Positions 10,183 to 19,824 of a DNA stretch of 64,000 bases are shown here, piece after piece (position 1 is the stretch's first letter; the number at the start of each line of letters is the position of its first letter). The notes beneath the pieces are model-generated. The model did not search any database. It had not been told where the DNA came from and worked only from the letters and a program-made list of their open reading frames with translations. Origin of the DNA: Oligoflexia bacterium. GTDB taxonomy: Bacteria; Bdellovibrionota_G; JANQFH01. The stretch spans positions 272,400 through 336,399 of the forward strand of contig JANQFH010000068.1 of NCBI GenBank assembly GCA_028277945.1, written 5' to 3'. The position numbers were made by a program, and so were the translations under genes.

Positions 10183-10571
10183 GTGTGTGTCTCTTCCGTC
10201 TGTTGGACTTGCTTTACCATGGCGTCATTGCCCGCTTTCGTAAACGCCTGAGCGGCAAATTGTAGCTTGCCAGTGGCCAATGCTCTCTGTCCCAAGCGAT
10301 CGTAGAGCTCTGGAGTGGGTTGCCGGCCTAGCTGCCTATACACCTTATCAAACAGAAAGAGATCGCCCTCTTCAAGAGCCTGCTCAGCAATGGCCTCTAG
10401 GGCTTTGCTATCTTCCACGCGATGAAAGAATTCAGCGGCATCGTTTAGGGCCCCGGCTGCAAGTAGGTTTTTGGCGGTTTTGCGCACAAGCTCGGGTTGG
10501 ACTTTGTCACCATAGAGCAGCCGCTGCTTTTCACGGTAGTCTGGCAATTTTATGGATTTTTTGCCCGTCAC
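10179..10571 (-). CDS. hypothetical helical protein, translationally coupled to grpE
   Basis: 130 aa, no recognisable motif. 4-nt overlap with the grpE start. Confidence 0.4.
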   Translation of the reverse strand: MTGKKSIKLPDYREKQRLLYGDKVQPELVRKTAKNLLAAGALNDAAEFFHRVEDSKALEAIAEQALEEGDLFLFDKVYRQLGRQPTPELYDRLGQRALATGKLQFAAQAFTKAGNDAMVKQVQQTEETHT

Positions 10572-10684
10572 GTCTCTTCTTGTTGCTAGCCTAACCTGCT
10601 ATTAGCGCTGGAAAAGTAATCACCACACCTTGCTCTGTCAAGCCTTGGCGTTACTGCGTCATCAGGTTATGCTGAGGACCAGGG

Positions 10685-11515
10685 ATGACGGTGGTCGCGG
10701 ATCTGCATATGCATAGTACCTACTCCGATGGTGTGCTCAAGCCGGAGGAGCTCTGCCGTCAGGCAGCGCTCAAGGGTTTGACGCATATCTCGATTACCGA
10801 TCACGACAACGTCGAGTTCTATATAAAGGATAGGTTCACCTCTTTGACGCAGCAGTTTGCCATAGGCATCATTCCCGGTGTGGAGTTGAGCTGTCTGCAC
10901 AAGGACCGTCCCATGCATCTACTCGGCTATGGTTTTTCTCTTCAGGACAAATCGCTGGCGACAGTCTTGGGGCAGCAACAGCAGCACCGCCTGGAACGCG
11001 TTCGCCTCATTCTCGACAAACTCAACAGCTTGGGCGTGCCGCTTACACTCGAAGAGCTGGAAGACGCAGATGGCGCCACGACCTATGGAAGGCCTCATGT
11101 AGCCCGTGCGATGATGCGTGGGGGTTATGTGGGCTCCGTTGATGAGGCGTTTGCGCGTTATCTGGGCAGAGGCAAGCCAGCATACGTGCCAGCCGCGCAG
11201 CTCAAACTCATCGACGCTATTGAATTGGTTCGTAATGCCGGAGGGGTTGCCGCGCTCGCTCACCCTGGTCTCTACTACGGTGATGTGGAACAGGCCGCGG
11301 AGTTACTGGATCTGGGGCTGCAGGCCATAGAGGTCTCTCACCCTGCTCACAGTAGGACAGTGACACGACAGTGGCGGCAGTTTTGTCAGCAGCACGGTCT
11401 GGTGATGGCCGGCGGCTCTGATTTTCATGGCGATGACAAACCACCCCGTTCGATTGGTCAGCACGGGCTCAATGGCGTTGAACTGGAGAGCCTTAAGGCT
11501 CTTTTCAATGGCTAG
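10685..11515 (+). CDS. PHP-domain phosphoesterase (TrpH/YciV-like)
   Basis: 276 aa. N-terminal '[10 protein letters not shown]' and 'HISITDHD' PHP metal-binding His motifs. Confidence 0.75.
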   Translation: MTVVADLHMHSTYSDGVLKPEELCRQAALKGLTHISITDHDNVEFYIKDRFTSLTQQFAIGIIPGVELSCLHKDRPMHLLGYGFSLQDKSLATVLGQQQQHRLERVRLILDKLNSLGVPLTLEELEDADGATTYGRPHVARAMMRGGYVGSVDEAFARYLGRGKPAYVPAAQLKLIDAIELVRNAGGVAALAHPGLYYGDVEQAAELLDLGLQAIEVSHPAHSRTVTRQWRQFCQQHGLVMAGGSDFHGDDKPPRSIGQHGLNGVELESLKALFNG

Positions 11516-11568
11516 ACTGGGTCCAGTCTGAGGTTGAGTTCCCTAACAAAAGCGGCTATCCATGCGGC

Positions 11569-12645
11569 ATGGGTAAGGAGATCACCTATAAGGAATCCGA
11601 TCTGGTGAAGCTAACCGCGTACGCCAGATCTGGCGGTTGAGCGGCTAAGTTAGGTCCGGAGGATCTACGTGAGATTATTCGCGGCGTCGATTTCCCAACG
11701 GTGCCGCAGCTCTTAGTAGGCGCCCAAAGTGGCGATGATGCAGCAGTGTATCGAATCGACGACCATCAGGCGTTGATCCTTACTGCCGACTTCATCACTC
11801 CGGTCTGTGACGACGCCTTCCTCTATGGACAGGTGGCGGCGAGCAATGCCATGAGTGATGTCTATGCTATGGGCGGCAAGGTTCTGCTTGGTATTAACAT
11901 CTGCGCCTTTCCCGCGAAGAAGTTGCCACGGACAACCTATCAGCAGATTCTTCAGGGGGCTGCGGACAAGATGCAGGAGGTCGGCGCCGTTGTAGCGGGC
12001 GGTCATACGGTTAAGGATGACGAGTTGAAGTACGGTCTTGCTGTGGTAGGCAGGGTCGATCCGCAGAAGCTTGTCACCAACGCGGCTGCCAGAGTTGGCG
12101 ACAGGCTTCTGCTTACAAAGCCGGTTGGTGCGGGTGCTGTTCTCGCACACGCAAACAAGCGCAAAAATGGCGAGAGACGGTTTGAAGCTGTATTCGAGAG
12201 TATGTGCCTTCTCAATGAGGCAGCAGTGACGATCATGCATGACGAGACCGTGCACGCATGTACGGATGTGACCGGTTTTGGCGTTGCCCTGCACGCGGCG
12301 CAGATGGCAGAGGCTTCGGGTGTCGGGCTGGAGATCTATGCTAGCAAGGTGCCACAATTCAATGGGGCGCTCGAGCTTATCGATGAGTTTGGTCTGCCAG
12401 CGGCTGGTACTAGTAACCGTAAAGCCATGAAGAGCAGGATTCAGGTGGATGAGCAGGTCTCCGAAGCACAGCAGGCGCTGTGTTTCGATCCACAGACTTC
12501 GGGCGGCCTACTTATGAGCGTAGCAGCCGAGGCTGCGGACAAAATCACGGCGCAGTTACGTCAAGCTGGCTATCTGCATGTAGCACAGATTGGCAAGGTC
12601 GTTGCCAAAAACGAGCAGATTTCGCTTTTGCAGCTGAAACCTTAG
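11569..12645 (+). CDS. selD: selenide, water dikinase (selenophosphate synthetase) SelD, a selenocysteine-containing form with an in-frame UGA at 11638-11640
   Basis: The ORF track only gives 11701..12645. Extending upstream in-frame gives ATG 11569 then 'MGKEITYKESDLVKLTAYARSGG-U-AAKLGPEDLREIIRGVDFP', matching the E. coli SelD N-terminus 'LTQYSHGAGCGCK' with Sec replacing the catalytic Cys. The rest matches SelD/AIR-synthase-related signatures ('DDAAVY', 'NAMSDVYAMGG'). Confidence 0.8.
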
Positions 12646-12656
12646 GAAATTCTTTG

Positions 12657-13970
12657 GTGCATGTTGATCTAAACAAAACAAAGTATGGCCTGCTCTTGGA
12701 GTATAATCGTGATGCAGCCTATGGACGTTTCTTGCAATTGGCTGCCAGCGTTCAAGCAAAGTGCCGTGCAAACTATATGGCAGTTGCCGACAAGGACTTT
12801 CCCTTTATGCAACGGATGCGCGCGCTCTTATCAACCCGTGGTTTGGATGGTAGTGAGTTTGACCGTGTTGTGCTTGTTGGCGGCAGTCACGGCAAGGGCA
12901 CACTGACCGCTAGGTTGCAAAGTCTGTTGAGCCGTCCATATAGGGTGGGTGCTTTTCTTTCGCCAGCGGTATTGAGTTGGTGCGAAACCATTCTCACCAA
13001 CGTGGCAACACCGATTACTCCAGCGGCCTTAACCAGACACTATGAGTCGTTGCTGACAAGGGTTGAAGTCGCACCTTGGCTTGAGGAGTTTGGTTATCCC
13101 TCGCACTTTGAGATGATGGTGGTGGTGGCCCTTGCCGCCTGTCTTGAAGCTCGATGTGATGTGATGTTGCTTGAGGTTGGCTGTGGTGGCCTCAATGATG
13201 CAACCAATGCCGTTAGACATGAGGGTGCTGTGATCACCGATGTCGGTCTTGAACATCAGCAGCTTCTTGGTTCCAGCCGTCTAGAAATTGCGCGGCAGAA
13301 GGCAGGCATCATCCCCAAGGAGGGTTGGCTGTTTACCGCTGCCAACGATCCAGAAGTGGTAGAGGTATTGAGAGAGACAGCCGATGCCAAGCAGAGTCAA
13401 TTTCGTGCTCTACCCACATCGTTGCCGACGCAGGATAACGGGTGCCAGCGTAACCAACAGCTCGCCAAACAGGTAGCAGAGTATTTACGGGGAAAAGAAT
13501 GCAATGCAGGACAACTTGAGGGCGACTCGCTACTCCCAGCTCGCTACGATCTGCTCATGGTAGGCACAGACAGCCGTCCACGGCTTATCGTTGACGGTGC
13601 TCATAGCCCTGATAAGTGTCGCGTGCTTGCCGCCCAACTCAGACGCGATGGCGTGGAAGCGTGCACTCTTTTATTGGCAGCAGGCGAGGACAAGGATGTT
13701 GCAGGGATGTTACACCATCTTGATCCTCTCACTCGTGAGTATGGCATTACCTCGGTGGGTGGGGCGATTACAGGCGAGACCATGAACGCAGAGAAGCTGG
13801 CTGCAAAGGTTAGGGATGCGGTAGACAAGCCCATCAAGATCGTCGCTGATGTGGCCAGTTGTCTAGATGAGTTTATTGCCACTGCTGAGCCCAAGCAAGC
13901 GCTGTTAGTCACGGGTAGTTTTATTATTGCTGCTGAGGCGCTGCGTTTCTGGTGTGCATTAGAGAGTTAG
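12657..13970 (+). CDS. folC: bifunctional folylpolyglutamate synthase / dihydrofolate synthase (Mur-ligase family)
   Basis: P-loop 'VGGSHGKGT' and 'DGAHSPDK' (FolC 'DGAHNP' motif). Start ambiguous among GTG 12657, TTG 12654 and ATG 12777. Confidence 0.7.
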   Translation: MHVDLNKTKYGLLLEYNRDAAYGRFLQLAASVQAKCRANYMAVADKDFPFMQRMRALLSTRGLDGSEFDRVVLVGGSHGKGTLTARLQSLLSRPYRVGAFLSPAVLSWCETILTNVATPITPAALTRHYESLLTRVEVAPWLEEFGYPSHFEMMVVVALAACLEARCDVMLLEVGCGGLNDATNAVRHEGAVITDVGLEHQQLLGSSRLEIARQKAGIIPKEGWLFTAANDPEVVEVLRETADAKQSQFRALPTSLPTQDNGCQRNQQLAKQVAEYLRGKECNAGQLEGDSLLPARYDLLMVGTDSRPRLIVDGAHSPDKCRVLAAQLRRDGVEACTLLLAAGEDKDVAGMLHHLDPLTREYGITSVGGAITGETMNAEKLAAKVRDAVDKPIKIVADVASCLDEFIATAEPKQALLVTGSFIIAAEALRFWCALES

Positions 13971-13971
13971 T

Positions 13972-14796
13972 ATGAAAAACCACCCACGCAAACCTAATCC
14001 ATCTGTGCAGATTATGGGGGTGCTGAACTGTACGCCCGATTCCTTCTACGATGGCGGTAGACACAACGAACGGCAGGCTGCCCTCTGTTACGCAGATGAG
14101 ATGGTAGCACAGGGTGTCGACATCATTGATATTGGTGGTGAGAGTTCTAGGCCAGGAGCGCAGCCGGTCACGGTTGCGGAAGAAACAGCGCGGGTCGTCC
14201 CTGTGGTCGATGAACTGCACCGACTAAATCCGCAACTGCCCATCTCTGTGGACACCTGCAAACCCGAGGTTGCTGCCGCGGCACTGCAGGCGGGGGCGGT
14301 CATGATCAACGACATTACCGGTTTTGCCCATCCAGAGATGATCCAACTACTGATCGATACGGGTTGTCAAGGTGTGATGATGCACATGTTAGGCACGCCA
14401 AGAACCATGCAGCAAAATCCTCAGTATAGAGAAGTGGTGCGCGACATCTACAGCTTTTTTGAAAAGCGTTTAACCACACTTGCTAACGCCGGCGTTGATC
14501 TGCAAAAGATCATTGTGGATCCTGGTATTGGTTTTGGTAAGAGCGTGCAACACAATCTCATCCTGCTACGCCGGCTACGTGAGTTTAAACGCCTTGGTCA
14601 GCGTCTGCTCGTTGGCGCCTCACGCAAATCCTTTATTGGTAAGATCTTGGATCTCCCTGAGGACGAACGTTTAGAGGGATCCTTAGCGGTGGCGATGGTC
14701 GGGTACCTCAACGGCGCGGATGTTCTCCGGGTGCACGATGTTGCAGCCACCAGACGGGCGCTCACGGTTGCGCAAGCCATTGTCGAGTCAATATGA
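13972..14796 (+). CDS. folP: dihydropteroate synthase
   Basis: 274 aa with pterin-binding motifs 'GVLNCTPDSFYDGG' and 'DIIDIGGESSRPG'. Starts 2 nt after the folC stop. Confidence 0.9.
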   Translation: MKNHPRKPNPSVQIMGVLNCTPDSFYDGGRHNERQAALCYADEMVAQGVDIIDIGGESSRPGAQPVTVAEETARVVPVVDELHRLNPQLPISVDTCKPEVAAAALQAGAVMINDITGFAHPEMIQLLIDTGCQGVMMHMLGTPRTMQQNPQYREVVRDIYSFFEKRLTTLANAGVDLQKIIVDPGIGFGKSVQHNLILLRRLREFKRLGQRLLVGASRKSFIGKILDLPEDERLEGSLAVAMVGYLNGADVLRVHDVAATRRALTVAQAIVESI

Positions 14797-15302
14797 ATCA
14801 GCAACAACCGGAGCAAGAGGTCTACATTGCCCTGGGTGCTAATCTCGGTGATCCACTCAGGCAACTTTCTGAGGCCACGGTACAGCTGGTCGATCATGTG
14901 ACGCTGCTACAACGCTCGCCGGTATATCGAAGCCGTGCGTTTGCGTGTGACCCCCAACCTCCATTCTACAACATGGCGATTCAGGGACGGACTACGCTAT
15001 CTGCGACGGAACTCTTGCACTGTATGTTGAAGGTTGAGGAGCGTATGGGTCGCAAGCGGGATGGTCACAACCAACCACGGCTGATCGATCTTGATCTCAT
15101 CTTTTATGGAACACAGATCTCTGATCGACCCGAGCTAACCCTGCCGCATCCCCGTGCGCACCAGCGTGACTTTGTTCTCAAACCTCTGCTCGATTTGCGC
15201 TGTTCTATTATCCATCCGCGTTTCAACAAAAGCGTTGCCCAGCTCTACAGCGAGTTAAGTGAAACAACGATTGTCGAACGTTTGCCGTCTTATGATGGCT
15301 AG
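14793..15302 (+). CDS. folK: 2-amino-4-hydroxy-6-hydroxymethyldihydropteridine pyrophosphokinase
   Basis: 169 aa. '[12 protein letters not shown]' HPPK N-terminal motif. 4-nt overlap with folP. Confidence 0.85.
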   Translation: MNQQQPEQEVYIALGANLGDPLRQLSEATVQLVDHVTLLQRSPVYRSRAFACDPQPPFYNMAIQGRTTLSATELLHCMLKVEERMGRKRDGHNQPRLIDLDLIFYGTQISDRPELTLPHPRAHQRDFVLKPLLDLRCSIIHPRFNKSVAQLYSELSETTIVERLPSYDG

Positions 15303-16351
15303 TAGCGCAGGAAGACTGAGCGGATGGAACGCAGGACGTTTTTAAATCCGCGGGTTGATTCAATCACTGCGGTAGGTTCATAACCACAGTGAACCATACA
15401 GTCAGCGCACTTTTTATGGTTGCCGGTACCGTAGTTTTCCCACGTTGTGGTCTCCATCAACTCCTTAAAGGTTTTGGCGTAGCCTTCGGAGAAGAGGTAG
15501 CAAGGCCGCTGCCAGCCAAAAGGTCCGTAGTTGGGGTTGCCCCACGGCGTGCACTGAAAGTCCATCTTGCCCTGAAGGAAGTCGAGATAGAGAGGTGAGT
15601 GGTTAAAGTCCCACGCTTTCTTTTGATGCCGTCCATTGCCATTTGGCTTTAAGATTTTTCGAAACAGCTCTTTGGTCTTTTCTCGCTTTAAGAAGTGTTC
15701 TTGATCGGGTGCCTTCTCATAGGCGTAGCCAGGTGAGATGGTGAGGCCATCAACACCGATTTCCATGAGTTGATCAAAGAGCTCATGCAGTTCATCCACA
15801 GATTCGCCGTCAAAGACCGTGGTGTTGGTGTTGACACGAAAGCCTCTTGCCTTGGCAGCTTTGATCGCACGAATCGCTTTTTTGAAGATGCCCTTACGGT
15901 CTACCAGACGATCGTGCGTCTCTTCCAAGCCATCGAGATGGACGTTGAAGGTGAGGTAAACTGAAGGCGTAAACTTGGGAAGCATCCGCTGCAACAAGAT
16001 GGCGTTGGTGCATAGGTAGACAAACTTTTTTCGTTGCACCAGTCCGGCGACAAGGGTGTCGATCTGCGGATGGATCAGTGGCTCACCACCGGCAATCGAA
16101 ACCATGGGTGCGCCACACTCCTCGGCTGCTTGCCACGCCTGTTCTGGAGGCATGTAGCGGTTCAAGATCTCCTCGGGGTGCTGGATTTTGCCACAGCCAA
16201 CACAGGCGAGGTTGCAGCGATAGAGTGGTTCCAGCATAAGCACCAGGGGATAGCGTGCGTTACCCTTGAACTTCTGTTGCATAATGTAGCTGCCAACTTT
16301 GACGGCTTGTCTCAGAGGTACACCCATAGTCCTGCTCTCTATCACATCCAC
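15299..16351 (-). CDS. radical SAM protein with C-terminal Cys-rich DUF3463-like domain (HpnH-like adenosylhopane-synthase family)
   Basis: 350 aa. CxxxCxxC 'CNLACVGC' preceded by '[15 protein letters not shown]'. C-terminal '[20 protein letters not shown]...[10 protein letters not shown]'. Convergent 4-nt overlap with folK. Confidence 0.6.
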   Translation of the reverse strand: MDVIESRTMGVPLRQAVKVGSYIMQQKFKGNARYPLVLMLEPLYRCNLACVGCGKIQHPEEILNRYMPPEQAWQAAEECGAPMVSIAGGEPLIHPQIDTLVAGLVQRKKFVYLCTNAILLQRMLPKFTPSVYLTFNVHLDGLEETHDRLVDRKGIFKKAIRAIKAAKARGFRVNTNTTVFDGESVDELHELFDQLMEIGVDGLTISPGYAYEKAPDQEHFLKREKTKELFRKILKPNGNGRHQKKAWDFNHSPLYLDFLQGKMDFQCTPWGNPNYGPFGWQRPCYLFSEGYAKTFKELMETTTWENYGTGNHKKCADCMVHCGYEPTAVIESTRGFKNVLRSIRSVFLRY

Positions 16352-16397
16352 CCCCCACCCAGCAAGCTAACTACCTGCGTTGCCTTGGTTTTTGTGA

Positions 16398-16470
16398 GAT
16401 CCCCGAGAAGGTACGGCCTTACTTTCAGGGAATCCATTCCCTGAAAGTAAGGCCGTACCTATCGGGGATT
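16398..16470. repeat. near-perfect 73-bp palindrome (perfect 50-bp core 16410-16459); half-copy at 69-90
   Basis: Core is GGTACGGCCTTACTTTCAGGGAAT-CC-ATTCCCTGAAAGTAAGGCCGTACC. The flanks GATCCCCGAGAA.../...TATCGGGGATT extend the symmetry. 'TCCCTGAAAGTAAGGCCaTACC' recurs at 69-90. Confidence 0.7.
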
Positions 16471-16748
16471 TAGGGTGGAAAAAAGTTTCAGCGTGCGGCC
16501 TTGTCGCCACAAAAACGTAACTAACTGGAAATATTTAATAAAATATATGTCGATGGCTGTGGGCGCAAAAGATTGCAGTTTCTCCTTGGCTGCTACTGTC
16601 ATTGCTTTGCCAGCCACTGCACCTCCGTCCCCCGAATCTAGAAAAAATTCATTTTATTTCAGTAGGTTGTGTATGGAAATGGCTAGCGGCCGAGTCTTCG
16701 CGTTTTGGCGCGGATGTTGCGTTTTTAGGCTACGGGAGAAGAGCTTTG

Positions 16749-17951
16749 ATGGTGCTAGAGCGTTCAGAGTTGTCCATAGGTCGACGCTATCTGTCTGTTG
16801 GTAGCGGCGCGCTGGTGGTGCGTGCCCTGTTGCTCTTTGGCTGTGTCTTTTTCTTCGGCTGTGCCTCAGAGTCGGATGGCACCATTGATCTGCCGCTGCT
16901 CAACATCTGCAATGGCAAAGCCGATAGCGATGGCGATGGTGTCTGTGACGATGTCGAGAACCAGTTTGGTTTAGATCCCTTCAACTCAGATAGCGATCTC
17001 GATGGGTTTTTGGATGGATCGGATGTCGCTCCATTGGGAGCTAGTGGCGGTAGTTTTGGCAGTAGTAGCAACGGCTTGCTGACCTTAGCCTCATTGGTCG
17101 CTTTTTCTCTGGTTGCCGATACGCTCGATAGCATGACTCTAGACAACGTCGTCGGTCTGTTTGACATCTTCGGTGGTGATGAGGAAGAAGAGGGCGACTC
17201 AACAGAGCAGCCAGCTTCATCCACCCCGGAGATCTGCCAACAGGGTTTAGACAATACAAGTAGTGATGCGGCAATCTACAGCTGCTACAGCAAAACCAAG
17301 CTGACCGTGGATGCCAATAGTAGTTACCTAAGGTTTGTAGAGATTAACAGCAACCGCTGGTACATGATCTTCTTTGTCAATGCGAGTTTTGACGCGCTTA
17401 CCTGGAAGGTGGCGTTCATCTCGCAGGTTACCTTTGACTTTACAACAGCCGGGGGCTCTTGGACACTGCCCTCAACAGGTGCCAAAGCGTTTACTCGCTA
17501 CGGATTTGACAGCGTTAATATAGATCGCCATAAAGCCCTGAATAGTTCGCAGGTCGAAGACCTGCTGGCTAAATTAGAGACCAACGCTGAAACTGTTGAC
17601 GTCTCTGGAACGGATGGCTTTTTTATCAAATTGGGTAATAAGGTAGCACGAGAGATCGACGATCTCTCACAAGGTTTTGAATCCTTGCCCACAAAACCTG
17701 AGACCCACTTTCTCGATTTCTCTAAGCAAGATTTACCCATTGAAGCGCAGGCAGCCCTCTTTTTTGAGCAAGTAGCTGCTGGCAGTGGTGTTACCGTGGT
17801 CAATCCGTTCGGCAGCATCCTTGGTTCTATCAACCCCAATCTGTTGATCATTGTCAGCAGCGGTTTCCAAAGCAACTGGAACAAGTCTACTCCGACCTCT
17901 ACAGGTGGCACCCTCCTAGCCCCATGGGTTGGCATGTGGCAGCGACAGTAG
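16749..17951 (+). CDS. lipoprotein with thrombospondin-type-3-like Ca-binding Asp-rich repeats
   Basis: Internal ATG 16749 gives 'MVLERSELSIGRRYLSVGSGALVVRALLLFGCVFFFGCASESDG' (signal + lipobox FFGC). It is followed by 'DSDGDGVCDDVENQFGLDPFNSDSDLDGFLDGSDVAP' DxDxDG repeats. The rest is a novel Ser/Thr-rich domain. Confidence 0.55.
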   Translation: MVLERSELSIGRRYLSVGSGALVVRALLLFGCVFFFGCASESDGTIDLPLLNICNGKADSDGDGVCDDVENQFGLDPFNSDSDLDGFLDGSDVAPLGASGGSFGSSSNGLLTLASLVAFSLVADTLDSMTLDNVVGLFDIFGGDEEEEGDSTEQPASSTPEICQQGLDNTSSDAAIYSCYSKTKLTVDANSSYLRFVEINSNRWYMIFFVNASFDALTWKVAFISQVTFDFTTAGGSWTLPSTGAKAFTRYGFDSVNIDRHKALNSSQVEDLLAKLETNAETVDVSGTDGFFIKLGNKVAREIDDLSQGFESLPTKPETHFLDFSKQDLPIEAQAALFFEQVAAGSGVTVVNPFGSILGSINPNLLIIVSSGFQSNWNKSTPTSTGGTLLAPWVGMWQRQ

Positions 17952-18040
17952 CTATCTAGAGACCCTCCCTGTTGTTCGCTTGATCTCGCAGATGGCTTGG
18001 GCTAGAGTCTGGGCGCCCAATTAGCACGAGGAGATCAGGC

Positions 18041-19588
18041 ATGGAACCTTTCAAAAACGAACCGCTTACGGACTTTTCAGCTGCTGCAAACAAACAAGCC
18101 TTCGAACAGGCGCTCAAGCAGGTGGCTGGCGAGATAGGCGGCGAGTATCCACTGATCATCGGCGGCGAAGAGGTGCGATCTGGCGAGTTTATTGAATCCA
18201 CCAACCCCTGTCGAACCACCGAGCTGCTGGGCAGGTTTCATGCCGCCACGGTTGAGTTAGCCAACAGAGCTGTAGAACAGGCAGAGCAGACATTTTCTAG
18301 CTGGAAGCAAACATCAGCCAAAGAACGCTCTGACTATCTGTTTAAGGCAGCCGCGCTCATGCGTCAGCGTAAACATGAGTTTTCTGCCACCATGGTCTAC
18401 GAAGTCGGCAAGAACTGGATCGAGGCCGACGCCGATACCGCCGAGGCCATAGACTTTATGGAGTTCTACGCACGTGAGAACCTGCGCTATGCGCAGGCGC
18501 AACCACTCACAGAGATTGCCGGGGAAGCAAACGAGATGCACTACATCCCGCTTGGGGTTACCGTCGTTATTCCACCGTGGAACTTCCCCTTGGCCATTCT
18601 CGTTGGCATGGCCACCGCCGCACTGGTGACCGGCAATACCGTAGTACTCAAACCGTCGAGTGACTCACCCTGGATCGCCTATAAGTTTTATCGTCTGCTT
18701 GAAGAGGTTGGGTTGCCTGCAGGGGTGGTGAACTTCTTGCCGGGCCGAGGCTCGAGTGTGGGTGACACCTTGGTCAATCATGCGCGCACGCGCATGATCG
18801 CCTTTACCGGCTCCAAAGAGGTGGGTCTGCGTATCAACGAACTCGCTGCTAAAACCAACCCCGGGCAGATTTGGATCAAGCGGATCATTGCTGAGATGGG
18901 CGGTAAGGACTCTATTATTGTTGATAGCGACGCTGATCTCGAGGCTGCAGTTGCCGGCGTCTGGAGCTCTGCCTTTGGCTATCAAGGACAGAAGTGTTCT
19001 GCCTGTTCGCGTGCCATTGTTGATGCAACCGTCTACGATGAGTTTGTAGATAAGTTAAAAACAAAGACCGAGACGATTCGGGTTGGCGTGACCGACAACC
19101 CTGAAAACTTCATGGGAGCGGTGATCAATGAGAAGGCCTACAACAGCATTCTTGATTACATCAACATTGGCAAGAGTGAGGGGCGTCTAATAACCGGTGG
19201 CAGCGCTGCAGGTGAGGGGGGTTACTTTATCCAACCGACGATCCTTATTGATGTCGATCCTAAAGCGCGTATTTCTCAGGAGGAGATCTTTGGACCAGTG
19301 CTCGCGGTGATCAAGGCGCGCAACTACGACCACGCTCTTGAGATTGCCAACAACACCGAATACGGTCTCACCGGCGCGGTCTATAGCAACAGTGAGGACA
19401 AGATCACGCGCGCCATGACGGAGTTTCATGTTGGCAACCTCTATTTCAACCGTAAGTGCACCGGAGCCTTGGTAGGAGTCCACCCCTTTGGCGGCTTCAA
19501 CATGTCGGGTACTAACTCCAAGGCTGGTGGCCGCGATTACCTGCTCTTATTCATGCAGGCAAAGCTCAGCTCCAAACAGCGGCGCTGA
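18041..19588 (+). CDS. L-glutamate gamma-semialdehyde (1-pyrroline-5-carboxylate) dehydrogenase, ALDH superfamily
   Basis: 515 aa. RocA/PruA-type N-terminus 'MEPFKNEPLTDFS'. ALDH catalytic Cys region 'QGQKCSACSR' and Glu motif 'AEMGGKDS'. Confidence 0.8.
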   Translation: MEPFKNEPLTDFSAAANKQAFEQALKQVAGEIGGEYPLIIGGEEVRSGEFIESTNPCRTTELLGRFHAATVELANRAVEQAEQTFSSWKQTSAKERSDYLFKAAALMRQRKHEFSATMVYEVGKNWIEADADTAEAIDFMEFYARENLRYAQAQPLTEIAGEANEMHYIPLGVTVVIPPWNFPLAILVGMATAALVTGNTVVLKPSSDSPWIAYKFYRLLEEVGLPAGVVNFLPGRGSSVGDTLVNHARTRMIAFTGSKEVGLRINELAAKTNPGQIWIKRIIAEMGGKDSIIVDSDADLEAAVAGVWSSAFGYQGQKCSACSRAIVDATVYDEFVDKLKTKTETIRVGVTDNPENFMGAVINEKAYNSILDYINIGKSEGRLITGGSAAGEGGYFIQPTILIDVDPKARISQEEIFGPVLAVIKARNYDHALEIANNTEYGLTGAVYSNSEDKITRAMTEFHVGNLYFNRKCTGALVGVHPFGGFNMSGTNSKAGGRDYLLLFMQAKLSSKQRR

Positions 19589-19824
19589 CCGCACGCTAAA
19601 CCAAAGTCCCAAAAATTTCATATAGTTAAGCTCGTTGAACGAGGTGAGACAGAGGGGACGGAGGTCAAGCTGTGTATCAAAATGAGACAGCCCAAGTGTG
19701 GACAAAATTGCCCTCATCCTTTATGTAACGGGGGCCCAGGTGCTTAGCAAGCATTTGGAATTCAAGACGAATAGAGCAAACGTCAGAGGTTTAAGGAATG
19801 TCCGCGCCCCACTTGCCAACGCAA

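Noticed and set aside
11641-11690. Explicit SECIS hairpin downstream of the selD UGA
   Set aside because: I could not convincingly fold a canonical stem-loop by eye (only short CGG/CCG and TCC/GGA pairings). The Sec call therefore rests on alignment plus the presence of selC, and the SECIS needs a computational fold.
19700-19725. Single TGTGGACAA (TTGTCCACA) DnaA-like box upstream of tdh
   Set aside because: It is an isolated imperfect box. This is insufficient by itself, unlike the four-box cluster at 58251-58460.
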